Of a DNA stretch of 64,000 bases, positions 46,205 through 55,301 are shown in pieces (positions within the stretch are counted from its first letter, which is position 1; each line of letters starts with the position of its first letter). Under the pieces are notes generated by a model. It searched no databases. It saw nothing but the letters and a program-made list of their open reading frames with translations, and was not told where the DNA came from. The stretch is taken from the NCBI GenBank assembly GCA_026396275.1, contig JAPLXC010000019.1:355-64354 (forward strand), in the 5' to 3' direction. The position numbers and the translations under genes were made by a program. Origin of the DNA: Candidatus Moraniibacteriota bacterium (lineage in GTDB: Bacteria; Patescibacteriota; Minisyncoccia; Moranbacterales; JAPLXC01).

Positions 46205-46437
46205 AGTCCCTCCTTTTCCAAAAGCGATTTTATGAGGTCATACGGTACCATCTCTTCGCAAAATATGCCGTGGATTATTATTCTCCTTTCATAGAGGCTG
46301 TTTTTCCCAAAACATACTCCTACGCATTTTTTACCGCAGTATCCGCTTACTTTCATAAGAGAAACATCATCTGGGATCATGACCCCTTGATCTTTTAGAT
46401 CCCTCCTTACTATTGCTTCATATCCCGGTAATGGCAT
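46201..46437 (-). CDS. Hypothetical small protein with a CGKKCVGVCFG motif; start trimmed to exclude the MITE-like sequence
   Basis: The listed ORF start at 46515 runs through MITE-like copy 46473-46500. Confidence 0.3.
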   Translation of the reverse strand: MPLPGYEAIVRRDLKDQGVMIPDDVSLMKVSGYCGKKCVGVCFGKNSLYERRIIIHGIFCEEMVPYDLIKSLLEKEGL

Positions 46438-46472
46438 TTTTCTACCTCCTCTTTTTTTATAATATTTTTTAC

Positions 46473-46500
46473 TGTCATCCTGAACGCAGTGAAGGATCCT
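46473..46500. mobile_element. MITE-like element family A, partial copy (TGTCATCCTGAACGCAGTGAAGGATCC)
   Basis: Matches the left half of copy 54436. Confidence 0.55.
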
Positions 46501-46577
46501 TGAATAATACAGCAAGTGATATTTAGGACGGGATTCTTCGCTTTGCTCAGAATGACTTTATTTTAACGAACTCACCA

Positions 46578-47171
46578 TTATACCAACTCCTTCCGATTTG
46601 TCAAGGCCTCACTTAAAGTTATCTCATCGGCGTATTCAATGTCGCCGCCCGTGGAAAGTCCCCGTGCCAGGCGGGTAATTTTGATTTTTAGCGGTTGGAG
46701 TTTACGTTTGACGTAGAGTGTTGTTATGTCGCCTTCGGTAGTCGGATTGGTGGCGATAATGACTTCTTTAATTTTCTCGTCTTTGATGCGTTTCAGCAGC
46801 TGTGGTATTTTTAGGTCCTGTTGCGCTCCGGAAAGGGGAGAATCAATCGTTCCTCCCAGCACGTGGTAAAGCCCCCGGTACGCTTTTGTCTTTTCAATGG
46901 AGATAATATCCAGCGGTTCCTCAACAATGCAGATCGCGCCTCGTTCGCGATGAGCGTCTTTGCAAATTTCACAAAGATCTCCTTCGGAGATATTAAAACA
47001 CTGCCGGCAGCTTTTAAGATTTTGTATCCCTTCAAGATTTTCGGCGAAGTCCTTAATTTTTTCTTTGTCCTGCTTGAACAAAAACAAAACCAGCCGCTCG
47101 GCCATTTTTGGACCGACAGAAGGCAATGAAGCGAAGTTTTCTATTAGTTTTCGAAATGGCTTAGGAAACAC
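46578..47171 (-). CDS. recR: Recombination protein RecR
   Basis: C4 zinc finger CRQCFNISEGDLCEIC plus a Toprim domain. Confidence 0.9.
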   Translation of the reverse strand: MFPKPFRKLIENFASLPSVGPKMAERLVLFLFKQDKEKIKDFAENLEGIQNLKSCRQCFNISEGDLCEICKDAHRERGAICIVEEPLDIISIEKTKAYRGLYHVLGGTIDSPLSGAQQDLKIPQLLKRIKDEKIKEVIIATNPTTEGDITTLYVKRKLQPLKIKITRLARGLSTGGDIEYADEITLSEALTNRKELV

Positions 47172-47301
47172 AAATTTTAGTGAATTTTGAATTGAGAATT
47201 TAGAATTTTGAATGGGAATACTGAATAAATAATTTAGATTCTATTTCCAATATTCTATATTCCAATTCTAAATTCCATATTCCAAATTCACAATTCTAAA
47301 A

Positions 47302-48660
47302 TTACTCAGTATGCGTTCTCTCCAACGACCTAAATGTTGTGCTTGTTTCATCGAAAAACAGCGACACCCGCCCCAGCGGGCCGTTTCGGTGCTTGGAGAC
47401 GATGACTTCCACGATATTCTTGTTGGGGGTATCTGGTTTTTCCCGGTCTTCCCGGTAAAGGAAAAGCACCACGTCGGCGTCCTGCTCAATGGAACCGGAC
47501 TCGCGAAGGTCAGAGAGTTTGGGAATCTGGGGAGAGCGAGATTCAACGGCGCGGGACAATTGAGAAATAGCCAGAACCGGAGTGTTAATTTCCCGAGCCA
47601 GATTTTTGAGAGAGCGCGATATTTCGGAAATTTCTTGAACCCGGTTTTCCGTGCGGCGCCCCTCCATCAATTGAAGATAATCAATGATAATAAGCCCCAG
47701 TTTATGTTCGGACTGGAGGCGCCTGGCCATTGTTCGCATCTCAAGCACATTGGCAGTGGCGGTATCGTCAATGAAAATCGGCGCTTCAGAAAGGATTCCC
47801 ATCGCGTCGCCGATGCGCTGAAAGTCATTTTGTTCGGGATCACTACGGAGCCGTCCGGTGCGCAATCGCCACAGATCCACTCCTGACTGAGCCGCCAGCA
47901 GCCGGTCGATTAACTGATCGGAAGACATTTCCAGAGAAAAGATCCCCACTGGTATTTTATGTTTCACGGCTGCATAGCGGGCGATGTCCAATGAAAGTGC
48001 TGTTTTTCCGATAGAGGGGCGAGAGGCGAGAATCACAAGATCTGATTTTTGCAGTCCCGCCAGAATATTATCCAAATCGGGAAATCCGGTTGGTACGCCG
48101 CGCAGCGTGTGCTCCTCCCGATGAAGTTCATCAATGCGGTTGAAGGCCGCTTCCAGAATTGACCGGATGGGAATAAAATCCTGCTTGATGTATTTTTGCG
48201 AGATGCTGAATATTTTCTGTTCCGCTTCATCCATTATTTTGTCCACGTCTTCTCCTTCCCGGTAACCCATTTCCACTACTTCACTGGCAGCGGTAATGAG
48301 TCGCCGCAGGAGCGATTTTTTCTGCACCACTTTGGCGTAGTGCACCACATTGGAAGCCGAAGGAACAGTATTGACAAGAGACGCCAGATAACTTGAGCCG
48401 CCGATTTCATCCAGCTTCTTTTTTTCTTCCAGCTTATTGGACAAACTCAAAACATCAATCGGCTCGCGCTCTTCATAAAGTTCCAGCATATTTTCATAAA
48501 TCACGTTGTGGTCGTCTTTGTAGAAATCCCCGACGCGGAGAAGATCAGCGATTTTGACAATCGCGTCTTTATCCAGCATCAAGGAACCCAGCACCGACTG
48601 CTCGGCTTCGATGTTGTGGGGAGAAACACGCAGGTTTTCGTTGGAAGTATTAGCTGCCAT
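47302..48660 (-). CDS. dnaB: Replicative DNA helicase DnaB
   Basis: N-terminal domain NIEAEQSVLGSLM. RecA-like core with Walker A/B motifs. Confidence 0.9.
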   Translation of the reverse strand: MAANTSNENLRVSPHNIEAEQSVLGSLMLDKDAIVKIADLLRVGDFYKDDHNVIYENMLELYEEREPIDVLSLSNKLEEKKKLDEIGGSSYLASLVNTVPSASNVVHYAKVVQKKSLLRRLITAASEVVEMGYREGEDVDKIMDEAEQKIFSISQKYIKQDFIPIRSILEAAFNRIDELHREEHTLRGVPTGFPDLDNILAGLQKSDLVILASRPSIGKTALSLDIARYAAVKHKIPVGIFSLEMSSDQLIDRLLAAQSGVDLWRLRTGRLRSDPEQNDFQRIGDAMGILSEAPIFIDDTATANVLEMRTMARRLQSEHKLGLIIIDYLQLMEGRRTENRVQEISEISRSLKNLAREINTPVLAISQLSRAVESRSPQIPKLSDLRESGSIEQDADVVLFLYREDREKPDTPNKNIVEVIVSKHRNGPLGRVSLFFDETSTTFRSLERTHTE

Positions 48661-48917
48661 AAGTGAACTTAGTATACAATAGCAATGATAAAAATCAACC
48701 TTGCATTATGCGCAGTTTGTGCAGTATTTATTGACTTTTATAAGTCAGCTTGAAATTAAAGTTCTCCTAAATTTAACTTTAGGATTTATATAACACTTTT
48801 AATATTTGACAAGTTATATAAAGTATGATTGAATAGGATGCCACAGTACATTAAAAGCAAATTTAGCAGAAAGGTTCCGCTTTGCGGAATTAAAAAAAGA
48901 AAAATAGGAGGATAAAG

Positions 48918-49508
48918 GTGAAAAAATTTGGGTTGCTAGTAATATTAGCTATTGCTATTTCATTTGCAACTGTATCAAATGCGCAGGGTGAAGTTGAATA
49001 TGCTTATATGAATGGTTCGGATTATTCATTCGAAAGAATTGAATGGCCTGCCGGAGTTTCAGTGGAAGTTTCCATAGGCAAAGTGCAACAGTATGGAGGC
49101 GATTTGGTGGATGTTGTTTTTATCACGGCCTATGGTGCCGAAGAAATGGAAATCGTTGGAAATCTTGCTCCGCGATTCGACCAAAACTGGGGAGGATTCG
49201 AATTAGGGCCAATTTTTATGGAGCAATTGGCAGATGGCAGTATACATCCCATTTCCATGTACGTTAGTAATAAGAAAGAAGCACTTCCATTCCAGAAAAA
49301 AGGAAGTATATGGCAGACATACTTCATAAGGGAATGGCTTTGCAGGAATACGGATGGATATACGCTTTCGCTAGTGTTACATGATTATGCGATACGGCAC
49401 GATTACGAGATAGATCTTGATTTAACGCAAAATTATTTTGTAGCCGGCAACGGAGTTGAAAAGCATATCTCAGCACATGGCCCGACAATGATTACGGTTT
49501 GTAAATAA
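48918..49508 (+). CDS. Hypothetical secreted protein
   Basis: Signal peptide with an SNA-QG cleavage site. RBS AGGAGG. Confidence 0.5.
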   Translation: MKKFGLLVILAIAISFATVSNAQGEVEYAYMNGSDYSFERIEWPAGVSVEVSIGKVQQYGGDLVDVVFITAYGAEEMEIVGNLAPRFDQNWGGFELGPIFMEQLADGSIHPISMYVSNKKEALPFQKKGSIWQTYFIREWLCRNTDGYTLSLVLHDYAIRHDYEIDLDLTQNYFVAGNGVEKHISAHGPTMITVCK

Positions 49509-49624
49509 TAGTAAAAGCAGGTTTGCGCCGAGTCGCGAACCTGCTTTTCAATTACTTTGAAAATCTCCTAAAGTTCAACTTTAAATGAAAAAGAGTGAGC
49601 GCTGTTAAGATCTGCTCACTCTTT

Positions 49625-50107
49625 TTAAGTTGCCTTTCGTTTTCTTCTCTTTAGTGCAAATTTCAGGCCAACCGATGTAACGATAATTGAGATTAGTATG
49701 AATTTCAAGGGTATTCCTCCTAAATTTACAAGAGCGGCGTAGCCCAGCAATGGAATTCTAAAAAAATATATCCCCCTCACATAGGAAATCAGGACTACCT
49801 CAGAATCATTGTTAGCGTCTCCCTTGGCAATGATATACTGATCTGAGACCCAAAGCACTCTGTGCAGTACTTCATAGTAGGAGTTAAGTTTATAATAGAC
49901 AATATCTCCTATCTCAATTTTCTCAGGTCGGCTTATCAATCTGGTTACTATTAAATCACCTTCTTTCAAAGTCGGGTGCATGCTCTCGCTGCAAAATGAG
50001 CGAATCTCATATTTACCGGAGAAGCGGAAAAAACAGAGGCAGGCAATAAAGATTATAAGAATTGCCGTAATAAAATACCTGAAGTATTTTTTCATTTTTC
50101 CCTCCAA
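49625..50107 (-). CDS. Signal peptidase I (S26, SipW-like short form)
   Basis: SESMHPTLKEGDLIVT and IGDIVYY. Confidence 0.7.
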   Translation of the reverse strand: MEGKMKKYFRYFITAILIIFIACLCFFRFSGKYEIRSFCSESMHPTLKEGDLIVTRLISRPEKIEIGDIVYYKLNSYYEVLHRVLWVSDQYIIAKGDANNDSEVVLISYVRGIYFFRIPLLGYAALVNLGGIPLKFILISIIVTSVGLKFALKRRKRKAT

Positions 50108-50152
50108 AACGTCCTTATTTTTTTTGAAAAGATCTAAAAGCAGTGGCGGTTT

Positions 50153-51577
50153 TTAGCTTTTTGGTTTTATTTTATATCCCTCTCTTACGTCTTCTATTAA
50201 ATATCCTTTTTCTTCAATTTTTTTCCTTATATTATCAGCTTTCTGGAAATCTTTATCCATTCTAGCAGTTTCTCTTTCCTCGGCAAGTTTTCTAATATCT
50301 CCAGGAATTTCAATTTTCTCTTTTTTAATGACAAAACCAAAAACTTTATTCATTTTTTCCCAAACATTAAGATATTCCTTAGCTTCATCAGCTCCTAACT
50401 TATTATCTTGAATTTTTTTGTTAGCTTCTGTTATCAGCTCGTATAAAACCGCCAGAGCCACCGGGGTGTTTAAGTCATCATTCATCGCCTCCTCAAACTT
50501 TTTTTCATATGAAGCCAAATTAAGACCGGAAGCCGATTTGGAGGTTGAACCTCCAAATCCGGTTTTCAGGATGGAAACAAAGTCGGAAATTCTCTGTAGG
50601 TTTACTCTGGCTTGTTGAAGAGCATCTTCAGTATAGTTTGTGACACTCCGGTAATGGGAACTCAAAATCCAAAGTCGTACCACCATCGGATCGTATTTTT
50701 TGAGGGCGTCTTTAATATAGACAAAATTTCCTAGGGACTTTCCCATTTTCTCGCCGCTCACCGTCACCATATTCCAGAGCGTCCAAAAATTGGCCATTGG
50801 TTTTCCCAAGAAGGCCTCGCTCTGGGCAATTTCATTTTCATTGTGAGGGAAAACGTTTTCATTTCCGCCGCCGTGAATGTCAAAAGTATCCTGGCCGAGA
50901 AGATCATAAGACATCACCGAACACTCAATATGCCAGCCGGGATATCCCACCCCCCAGGGACTTTCCCATTTTAAAATGTGCTCTTTGGGCGCTTTTATCC
51001 AAAGGGCAAAATCCAAAGGATTTTTTTTGTCGGGATTCACTTCCACGCGGGCGCCGGCAATAAGGTTCTCCTTTTTCTTGCCGGAAAGCTTTCCGTAATC
51101 GGGGAATTTCTCCACCGAAAAATAAACCGATCCGTTTACTTCATAAGCATATCCTTTTTTAATCAGTCCCTGAACAAAATTAATAATCTGGGCAATATAT
51201 TTCGTCGGTCGGGGATTAAAATGAGCCGGCTTGATATTGAGAGAGCGAAAATCATCTTGGCAGGACTGAATGAAGCGGTTGGCGATTTCCATCGGATCAA
51301 CTTTTTCCGTTTTGGCTTTCTTCTCAACTTTATCTTCGCCAATTTCCGCGTCCGCCACTAAATGCCCCACATCGGTATAGTTCATAATATGACGCACTTC
51401 AAATCCGGAATATTCCAGATAACGGCGCAGCACGTCCATCATCGTATAGCCGCGGGCGTGCCCCAGATGGCAGTGATCGTAAACCGTCGGACCGCAGACA
51501 TAAAGGCCGGCCTTGCCGGGATGGATAGGGTTAAAAATCTCTTTTTTCTTCGTTAAAGTGTTATAAAGTTTTAGCAT
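50153..51577 (-). CDS. cysS: Cysteinyl-tRNA synthetase
   Basis: CGPTVYDHCHLGHARGY (HIGH motif), KMGKS, and zinc-binding Cys residues. Confidence 0.9.
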   Translation of the reverse strand: MLKLYNTLTKKKEIFNPIHPGKAGLYVCGPTVYDHCHLGHARGYTMMDVLRRYLEYSGFEVRHIMNYTDVGHLVADAEIGEDKVEKKAKTEKVDPMEIANRFIQSCQDDFRSLNIKPAHFNPRPTKYIAQIINFVQGLIKKGYAYEVNGSVYFSVEKFPDYGKLSGKKKENLIAGARVEVNPDKKNPLDFALWIKAPKEHILKWESPWGVGYPGWHIECSVMSYDLLGQDTFDIHGGGNENVFPHNENEIAQSEAFLGKPMANFWTLWNMVTVSGEKMGKSLGNFVYIKDALKKYDPMVVRLWILSSHYRSVTNYTEDALQQARVNLQRISDFVSILKTGFGGSTSKSASGLNLASYEKKFEEAMNDDLNTPVALAVLYELITEANKKIQDNKLGADEAKEYLNVWEKMNKVFGFVIKKEKIEIPGDIRKLAEERETARMDKDFQKADNIRKKIEEKGYLIEDVREGYKIKPKS

Positions 51578-51664
51578 TTAGCTTTATTAGCTTTATTAGC
51601 TTTATTAGCTTGTTAGCGAAAGTTAATCTAATAAAGCTAACCAAGCTGAAAGCTAAGAAGCTAA
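51578..51664 (-). promoter_or_regulatory. cysS 5' leader built from (TAGCTTTAT)x3 plus an inverted partner, forming a long hairpin; closely related to the dnaK leader
   Basis: The reverse complement ends ...ttaactttcgctaacaagctaataaagctaataaagctaataaagctaaATG. Compare the dnaK leader ...ttaactttgaagctaatcaaactaacaaagctaatgaagctaataaagctATG. Confidence 0.6.
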
Positions 51665-52573
51665 TTATAGCCATTTTCGCAGTTTGAAAATCGTAATTGT
51701 GAGAAAAGAAATAAAAAGCATAATGGAGGTATGGATCCAGAAGCCGTAGGGATTTTTTCCGAAAGGGATATCAGCGCTCATTGCCAGGATATTAGAGTAC
51801 ACCGTCATTGGAAGCATTATGGCGGAGAAAATAGTGAGCACTTTCATGGTGAGATCGAGTTTGTTGGAAAGCAGTGAATTGTTCGTTTCTTCGAGCGATT
51901 CTATGGTTTCTTTCTTACTTTCCAGGTCGTTCCAAATCCGGGTGTTAGTGCCGATAAGATCATAAAAATAGGGCTTTAATTCTTTAGGGATAAGAGGAGA
52001 GTCCTTTTGAACAAGGGATTCCAAAATTGACCGCTGGGGCTTGAGCGTTCTTCTGAAATTGAGAATATCTCTTTTAACTACCGATATTTCAAAAACCATT
52101 TCTTTTTCTTTTCCGGCGAAAACGTCTTTTTCAATACGATCGAGATTTTCAGAAATGTGATCGAGCCGGGGAAAGCAGGATTCAAAAAGAAGCTCAAGAA
52201 GATTGTAGAGCAGATGAGCCGGGGTCTTGTCCATATAAAGGCGCCGTTTCCCCTCGCTTTCGGAAAGGGTGTCAAAAAAGTCGCTCAACTGGTAGATGTT
52301 GTTGGCATGCCCGGTGATTAAACAATTTTTCGTAATCACAATGTCCAGTTCTTCCGGATAAGTGGTTCTGGACGCAACGTCAAAAAGGGGAAGATGGACA
52401 GTAAGAAAAAGGCAGTTGTCGTACTGGGTCGCTTTGGGGCGGAAGGTAGGCGTGGTGAATTCCTCAATGGCCAAAGGATGAATGTTAAAGTTTTCCTGGA
52501 GATACAAAATATCATCCGCCGAGGGATTTTCAAAATCAATCCAGGTTATATCTTTGAATTTTACTGACTTCAT
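51665..52573 (-). CDS. CorA-family divalent cation transporter-like protein with a degenerate GMN motif (AMS)
   Basis: CorA-like soluble domain and 2 C-terminal TM helices. LPMTVYSNILAMSADIPF occupies the position of YGMNF. Confidence 0.65.
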   Translation of the reverse strand: MKSVKFKDITWIDFENPSADDILYLQENFNIHPLAIEEFTTPTFRPKATQYDNCLFLTVHLPLFDVASRTTYPEELDIVITKNCLITGHANNIYQLSDFFDTLSESEGKRRLYMDKTPAHLLYNLLELLFESCFPRLDHISENLDRIEKDVFAGKEKEMVFEISVVKRDILNFRRTLKPQRSILESLVQKDSPLIPKELKPYFYDLIGTNTRIWNDLESKKETIESLEETNNSLLSNKLDLTMKVLTIFSAIMLPMTVYSNILAMSADIPFGKNPYGFWIHTSIMLFISFLTITIFKLRKWL

Positions 52574-52605
52574 GGCATGTTAAGTTTTATTTTTATGTCA
52601 TTCCC

Positions 52606-52690
52606 GCGAAACTTGTCCTCGAGAAATCGGGGAGCGGGAATCCAGAAAACTTTTTTCTTTACTGGATTCCGCATCAAGTGCGGAATGACA
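52606..52690. mobile_element. MITE-like element family A copy 3 (long loop variant), in the divergent corA/yidD spacer
   Basis: TGTCATTCCCGC...GCGGGAATCCAGAAAAC...GATTCCGCATCAAGTGCGGAATGACA. Confidence 0.75.
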
Positions 52691-52745
52691 TTAAGTTTAT
52701 CATACACCATTTTCTGCCTTGACGGAAGGGCGATAAACTGGTAGA

Positions 52746-52991
52746 GTGTTGATAATGTTTAAAAAAGCATCGTTGTTGTTAATTCGGCTGTATCAGAGAA
52801 CATTATCGTTAGATCATGGTCTATTGTCCTATGTCTATTCCGAGCGATGGTGTCGGTTTCATCCGACCTGTTCGCAGTACACCTACGAAGCGATTGATAA
52901 ATTTGGAATAGTAAAAGGCGTGTGGCTCGGAATTAGAAGAATAGTAAGATGTCATCCCTGGAACGATGGAGGGTACGACCCGGTTCCATAG
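52746..52991 (+). CDS. yidD: Membrane protein insertion efficiency factor YidD
   Basis: [18 protein letters not shown]. Confidence 0.8.
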   Translation: MLIMFKKASLLLIRLYQRTLSLDHGLLSYVYSERWCRFHPTCSQYTYEAIDKFGIVKGVWLGIRRIVRCHPWNDGGYDPVP

Positions 52992-53056
52992 CAACCATAA
53001 AGTTTCATAAATTTTATAGCTATTTGAAAATTCAGCTCTAAAGGAAGGAGATTTTA

Positions 53057-53242
53057 ATGAATGGATTATATGAAGCACCAAACTGCGAGCTGTTACTGAC
53101 AGAAATTTTCGGGGTAAAAGTTGAAGTTCCTGGCACGGCTTGCAACCCGAGATGTCAGAAAGAAATGTGTTCCAAGGTAAACCAAGTTTGCGGGGTTTGC
53201 CCGTGTTTGGCTTACTGTGTTCAGGAAGGATTAATAGAATAA
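53057..53242 (+). CDS. Small Cys-rich peptide (8 Cys in the C-terminal 35 aa)
   Basis: Strong RBS AAGGAAGGAG. CNPRCQKEMCSKVNQVCGVCPCLAYC. Confidence 0.45.
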   Translation: MNGLYEAPNCELLLTEIFGVKVEVPGTACNPRCQKEMCSKVNQVCGVCPCLAYCVQEGLIE

Positions 53243-53266
53243 AACATAGCAAAAAAGGAGGAGAGT

Positions 53267-53563
53267 ATGAGAGATATTTTTGGGGGTTTTAAACCGACAG
53301 AAAGGGAAGAAACCAAGGGAAAAAATTTAGGAATAGAAATTGTTGATTACAGCAAATGGGCCGGGGCCGGCAGGGGAAAAGGCAGCGACTACCCGGCTGG
53401 CAAGAGTATTCACTCTGATGAGATGGGATTCATTTCTTATTGCCGTGTGGTTAGTGAATTCAAAAAGGACAAGGATGCGAGAGAAATTAATAATTCAGCC
53501 TCGTCGGAAACTAAAGAAGAGATCTGTTCGAAAATATGCAAACTCAACTGCTTCTTAAATTAA
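53267..53563 (+). CDS. Small protein with a Gly-rich core and a Cys-rich C-terminus (ICSKICKLNCF)
   Basis: Strong RBS AAAGGAGGAG. Confidence 0.4.
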   Translation: MRDIFGGFKPTEREETKGKNLGIEIVDYSKWAGAGRGKGSDYPAGKSIHSDEMGFISYCRVVSEFKKDKDAREINNSASSETKEEICSKICKLNCFLN

Positions 53564-53687
53564 GGAATTAGTTATTTTTACACCGCTTAGCGCTAATGGC
53601 TAAGCGGTATTGTTTTTCTGGAGTGCTTTTTCATTTTGCAAAAAATATGGTAGAATAAATTAGCAGGTAATAATTAAAACAAACCAA

Positions 53688-54287
53688 ATGAAGAAAATTG
53701 CCGTTTTTGCGCTGGTAGTAGGATTGTCAATCTTTGTCGCCGGATGCAAAAAAACAAACCAAAATGATAACCAGGACCAGGGAGCAATACAGAAACAGGA
53801 AAAAGGCGGTGTTGTCAGTTCTATTAAGGACGCGATGGGTCTGGGCAAAAAAGTGAAATGCACGTATCGTTACGCAATTGCCGGACAAACAGATGAATCA
53901 GTAGTGTATATTGAAGGAAAAAAATACAAATCAAGCTATGAGATAGAAGGCCAGAAAACCAACAATTTTTTTGACGGAGAAATAAGCTACACCTGGACTG
54001 AAGGACAAAAGACCGGGACGAAAATTTCCATGGCCTGTCTTAAGGAAATCGGGGACTCATATAAAAGCGAAGAAAAGAACACTGGCCAAAATCAGAACCA
54101 ATTAAAAGCCGGGCAAGAAGCGTTTGAAAACGCGGTTGACACAAAATGCGAACCAACTAATGAGGATATTTCACTTCCCATTGACATAACTTTTACTGAC
54201 CAGTGCGATCAAATGAAAGGGCAGATACAATCAATGCAGGAAATGATGAAAAAATATCAGAATATGGGACAGGGTGCCGGACAATAA
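53688..54287 (+). CDS. Hypothetical lipoprotein (lipobox FVAGC)
   Basis: Signal peptide plus lipobox. Gln/Asn-rich. Confidence 0.55.
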   Translation: MKKIAVFALVVGLSIFVAGCKKTNQNDNQDQGAIQKQEKGGVVSSIKDAMGLGKKVKCTYRYAIAGQTDESVVYIEGKKYKSSYEIEGQKTNNFFDGEISYTWTEGQKTGTKISMACLKEIGDSYKSEEKNTGQNQNQLKAGQEAFENAVDTKCEPTNEDISLPIDITFTDQCDQMKGQIQSMQEMMKKYQNMGQGAGQ

Positions 54288-54306
54288 AAAATCCTTGATT
54301 TGCCAA

Positions 54307-54331
54307 GAGCCCGCAAAAACGGGCTCTTTTG
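54307..54331 (+). terminator. Rho-independent terminator (GAGCCCG-caaaaa-CGGGCTC followed by TTTTG)
   Basis: 7-bp stem plus a T-run. Confidence 0.75.
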
Positions 54332-54342
54332 TATTGAAATAT

Positions 54343-54401
54343 TGACCCATTTTCAGAGTAGTATATAATCACAATTAGCACTCGGACTTGACGACTGCTA
54401 A
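54343..54401 (+). promoter_or_regulatory. hrcA promoter (TTGACC ... TATAAT) overlapping a CIRCE operator TTAGCACTC-N9-GACTGCTAA
   Basis: CIRCE consensus is TTAGCACTC-N9-GAGTGCTAA; this copy has one mismatch. It spans 54375-54401. Confidence 0.8.
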
Positions 54402-54435
54402 TGGAAGGTTTATAATGGAAATATAAAGTTAAGAA

Positions 54436-54504
54436 TGTCATCCTGAACTTGTTTCAGGATCTAATGATATCGGATTAGATTCCGGATCAAGTCCGGAATG
54501 ACAA
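54436..54504. mobile_element. MITE-like element family A copy 4, in the hrcA 5' UTR
   Basis: TGTCATCCTGAA-cttgtt-TCAGGATC...GATTCCGGATCAAGTCCGGAATGACA. Confidence 0.75.
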
Positions 54505-54511
54505 GCCAAAA

Positions 54512-55255
54512 ATGAACACTCGTCAGAAAAAAATTCTATCCGCCGTCATTGAGGAATATACCAATACTGCTATTCCGGTGGCTTCGGAATTATTGGTAAA
54601 AAAATATAATGTCAAAATGAGCCCGGCGACGATTAGAAATGATATGAATGAACTGGAAAAAGACGACTTGCTCTATCAGCCGCATATCAGCGCCGGAAGA
54701 ATTCCCACCGATAAGGGCTATCGCTATTTCGTGGAGGAGATAATGAAGGACCGCGAGCTTTCCAAAGAGGATCAAAATAAATTACAGAGAGAATTACTGA
54801 AGCTTAAGGGTCAAAATAAAAGGATCACCAAGACCACAGCGAAATTACTTTCTATTCTAAGCGGAAATTTAGCGGTAAGCGGACTTTTGAAAAAAGAAGA
54901 ATTTTCCGAATTCGGGATGTTGGAACTGCTGGCTGAACCGGAATTTAAAAAACTGGATGAGGTCTGCCGTCTGGTTGAAGTGATGGATTCTATTGACGAG
55001 AATGTTGATAAATTAACCAGGGGTTTGAGAATAGGGGAGACAAAAATTTTCATCGGCAAAGAAAATCCGCTGGCAAAAATGCCCAACTGCGCGATGATGG
55101 TGTCGCCCTATAAATTAAAAACCGGAGAAAAAGGAGTGCTGGCTCTCATTGGCCCTAAAAGGATGGAATACGCCAAAAATAAGTCGCTAATTGAGTATAT
55201 GAAGAAGTTGTTGAGTTCGGCGGTAGTAGTAATATTAGTGGTAAATTTATTGTAA
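54512..55255 (+). CDS. hrcA: Heat-inducible transcription repressor HrcA (short form)
   Basis: N-terminal wHTH ILSAVIEEYTNTAIPVASELL and GRIPTDKGYRYFV. Confidence 0.85.
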   Translation: MNTRQKKILSAVIEEYTNTAIPVASELLVKKYNVKMSPATIRNDMNELEKDDLLYQPHISAGRIPTDKGYRYFVEEIMKDRELSKEDQNKLQRELLKLKGQNKRITKTTAKLLSILSGNLAVSGLLKKEEFSEFGMLELLAEPEFKKLDEVCRLVEVMDSIDENVDKLTRGLRIGETKIFIGKENPLAKMPNCAMMVSPYKLKTGEKGVLALIGPKRMEYAKNKSLIEYMKKLLSSAVVVILVVNLL

Positions 55256-55264
55256 TAAAATGTT

Positions 55265-55295
55265 ATTCCGGGCTTGACCCGGAATCCAGAAAAAT
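55265..55295. mobile_element. MITE-like element family A, partial copy (ATTCCGGGCTTGACCCGGAATCCAGAAAAAT)
   Basis: Shares CCGGAATCCAGAAAA with copies 2 and 3. Confidence 0.5.
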
Positions 55296-55301
55296 AAAGA
55301 C

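Noticed and set aside
46201-46515. Full 104-aa ORF including MLYYSRILHCVQDDSKKYYKKRGGRK
   Set aside because: The N-terminal 26 codons are read through a partial MITE-like copy (TGTCATCCTGAACGCAGTGAAGGATCC). The ORF was trimmed to the internal Met.
47180-47300. AT-rich recR-dnaB spacer considered as a replication origin
   Set aside because: It contains inverted AATTCTAAATTC-type repeats but no recognisable DnaA boxes (TTATCCACA), and dnaA is not in the window. It is noted only as another repeat-rich spacer.
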